From Azolla caroliniana (Eukaryota; Plantae; Polypodiophyta): DNA of 64,000 nt. A program made the translations under genes and the position numbers. The notes beneath the pieces were generated by a model. The model searched no databases. It worked only from the letters and a program-made list of their open reading frames with translations, and was not told where the DNA came from. Positions 62,257-64,000 of the stretch are shown here, one piece after another. Numbering within the stretch: the stretch's first letter is position 1; each line of letters starts with the position of its first letter. The stretch covers positions 5,766,001 to 5,830,000 of the forward strand of contig JBHGNT010000004.1 of NCBI GenBank assembly GCA_043228905.1, given 5' to 3'.

Positions 62257-64000
62257 ATGAAATTCATAAAAATAGACTTTCATGGCTTGGTTGGAGGTGG
62301 TAATGGTTGTAACAAGCCATAAGGATGATGCCTGGGTATTTTGGCTCGACAACAGGTGTCAAATGTACGAACGTAATCATCGACAAAGTTTTGCAAATGA
62401 AGCCACCAAAACGAGCACTTCACCAACTCCATGGTCTTGGCAATATCAAAATGTCCAGCCATAGGGGCATCATGACAATGTTCTAATACTTGAAGGCGGG
62501 GTGATCCATCAGGGACGTAAAGGAGATTCTTGTAAAAGAGTAAGCCATCTTGCCACTTCAAGTCCTAATAGTGTTGAGATGACCCTTGCAATGTGGAGCA
62601 AGATGCATGGATTGGAATAATATGGGCCAAGACATCCTTAGCGAAATCATCAAAGTGAAGGTGTTTTTGAATAGTATCAACAAGGCGTGAATGAAGTGGC
62701 ATGACATAAACTATTGTTGCTTGTAGCTTTGATGGTCCTAGGAGAATTTGCTTTTGATTGTCGAAGCCCGGATCTCTAGGTCAAGGTGCGAGATATGAAT
62801 GCTGAGGTAGGGCATCTGCCTTCCCTTGTTGTTTCCCCAAGCAGAAAATGATCTTGAAATCAAAACGAGTTAGAAATTGTGCCCACCGAGCTTGTCTCTT
62901 ATTTAACACTCGAGTCATTTGAAAATACGTAAGATTTTTGTGATCACTATAAATGATGATTCGATGAGGCGATCCTTCCAAGAAATGTCGCCATTGCTTG
63001 AAAGAATTGATCACAACTAGTAACTCCTTGTCATGCACCTCGCAGTTTATCTCCGCAACAACAAATTTTCTCGAGGGAAACGCGACTGGATGGGACTGCC
63101 CATCCTTGCCTGGTTGTGAAAGTATACTCCCCAATGCAAAGTCTGACGCATCTGCCTCAATGGTAAATAGCTTTTCGGGATCAATATGCGCTAAGATAGG
63201 GTTTGATGTGAATGCCTCTTTGAGTTGAGTAAAGGTTGTGTCCGCTTCAATAGTCCAAACAAACGCTTGATTTTTCTTGGTGAGTTGAGTGAGACACAAT
63301 ATGATCTTTGAATAATTCCATATGAATTTGCGATAGAAGTTAGCAAATCCGACGAAACATTGGACGTCTCGAATAGAACGTGGGGGTTGCCATGTTCCAA
63401 TATTGTTATGACTTTTGCTAGATTCATGAAGATACCCTTGGATGAAATAGTATAACCCAAGAATTCGACTTGTTCACTATCAAAACTGCACTTCTCAAGT
63501 TTGGTATACAGACCATACTTTCGTAAGCGTTCAAGTACTTTCCGGACATGTATATCAGGCTCCTCCTGTGTTTTAGAGTAAATCAACAGATCATCTAAGT
63601 AGATGATGAGAAAGAGATCTAGAAAATCCCGGAAAATGTCATTTTCCATATGTTGGAAAATTGCGGGTACATTTGTGAACCTGAATGGCATGACTGTATA
63701 CTCGAAATGACCATACCAAGTGCGAAATGCAGTTTTCCACTCATCTCCAGGTCGATGCAAACAAGATTATATGCACCCCTTAAATCAATCTTTGTAAAAT
63801 GCTTTGCCCCACTAATGCCCTCTAAAACACTGGAGATTAAAGGTAGAGCATACGTATTTCTTATGGTGACTTTATTTAATCCCCGATAGTCCATGACGAA
63901 ATGAAGCAAACCGTCCTTTTTCTTCACAGAAAATATAGGAGCACCAGCGGGAGACTTTGAATGTCGAATAAACCAATGTGCAAGATTCTCCTTGATGTAT
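62257..64000 (-). mobile_element. Chromovirus (Tcn1-like) RT-RH-INT fragment running off the window end
   Basis: [31 protein letters not shown] and HHPYGLLQPL are colinear with the 35938 element. It is joined directly to copia C gag by a deletion. Confidence 0.92.

Overview
Eukaryotic land-plant nuclear DNA, probably from a seed-free vascular plant such as a fern or lycophyte (inferred from the retroelement types). It holds two convergent host genes: a 10-exon eIF3m gene (8136-12110, +) and a small intronless gene for a predicted plastid-targeted membrane protein (15057-15497, -). The first 6 kb is decayed Copia, chromovirus, L1 and RTEX/L2-like LINE pieces. From 16.3 kb onward the window is almost all retrotransposon, and target-site duplications (TSDs) resolve a multi-level nest. 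It comprises three minus-strand Copia elements, Tork/Tnt1-like elements and solo LTRs, a 21-kb Athila-like Gypsy with a long extra ORF, a Tcn1-like chromovirus and a hAT-type MITE. The most notable signals are: (1) two related solo LTRs that each carry an antisense tRNA-like module and both sit in a 4-bp ACGC TSD; (2) a short-LTR Gypsy with a 4-bp ATAT TSD, a tRNA-Ala PBS and a GGGAAAC frameshift site, which looks unlike standard plant lineages; (3) a self-priming PBS and a GUUAAAC plus hairpin -1 frameshift signal in the chromovirus; (4) a conserved Pol C-terminal extension and a PPT hairpin shared by two Copia elements. All alignments were made by eye; no database searches were run.
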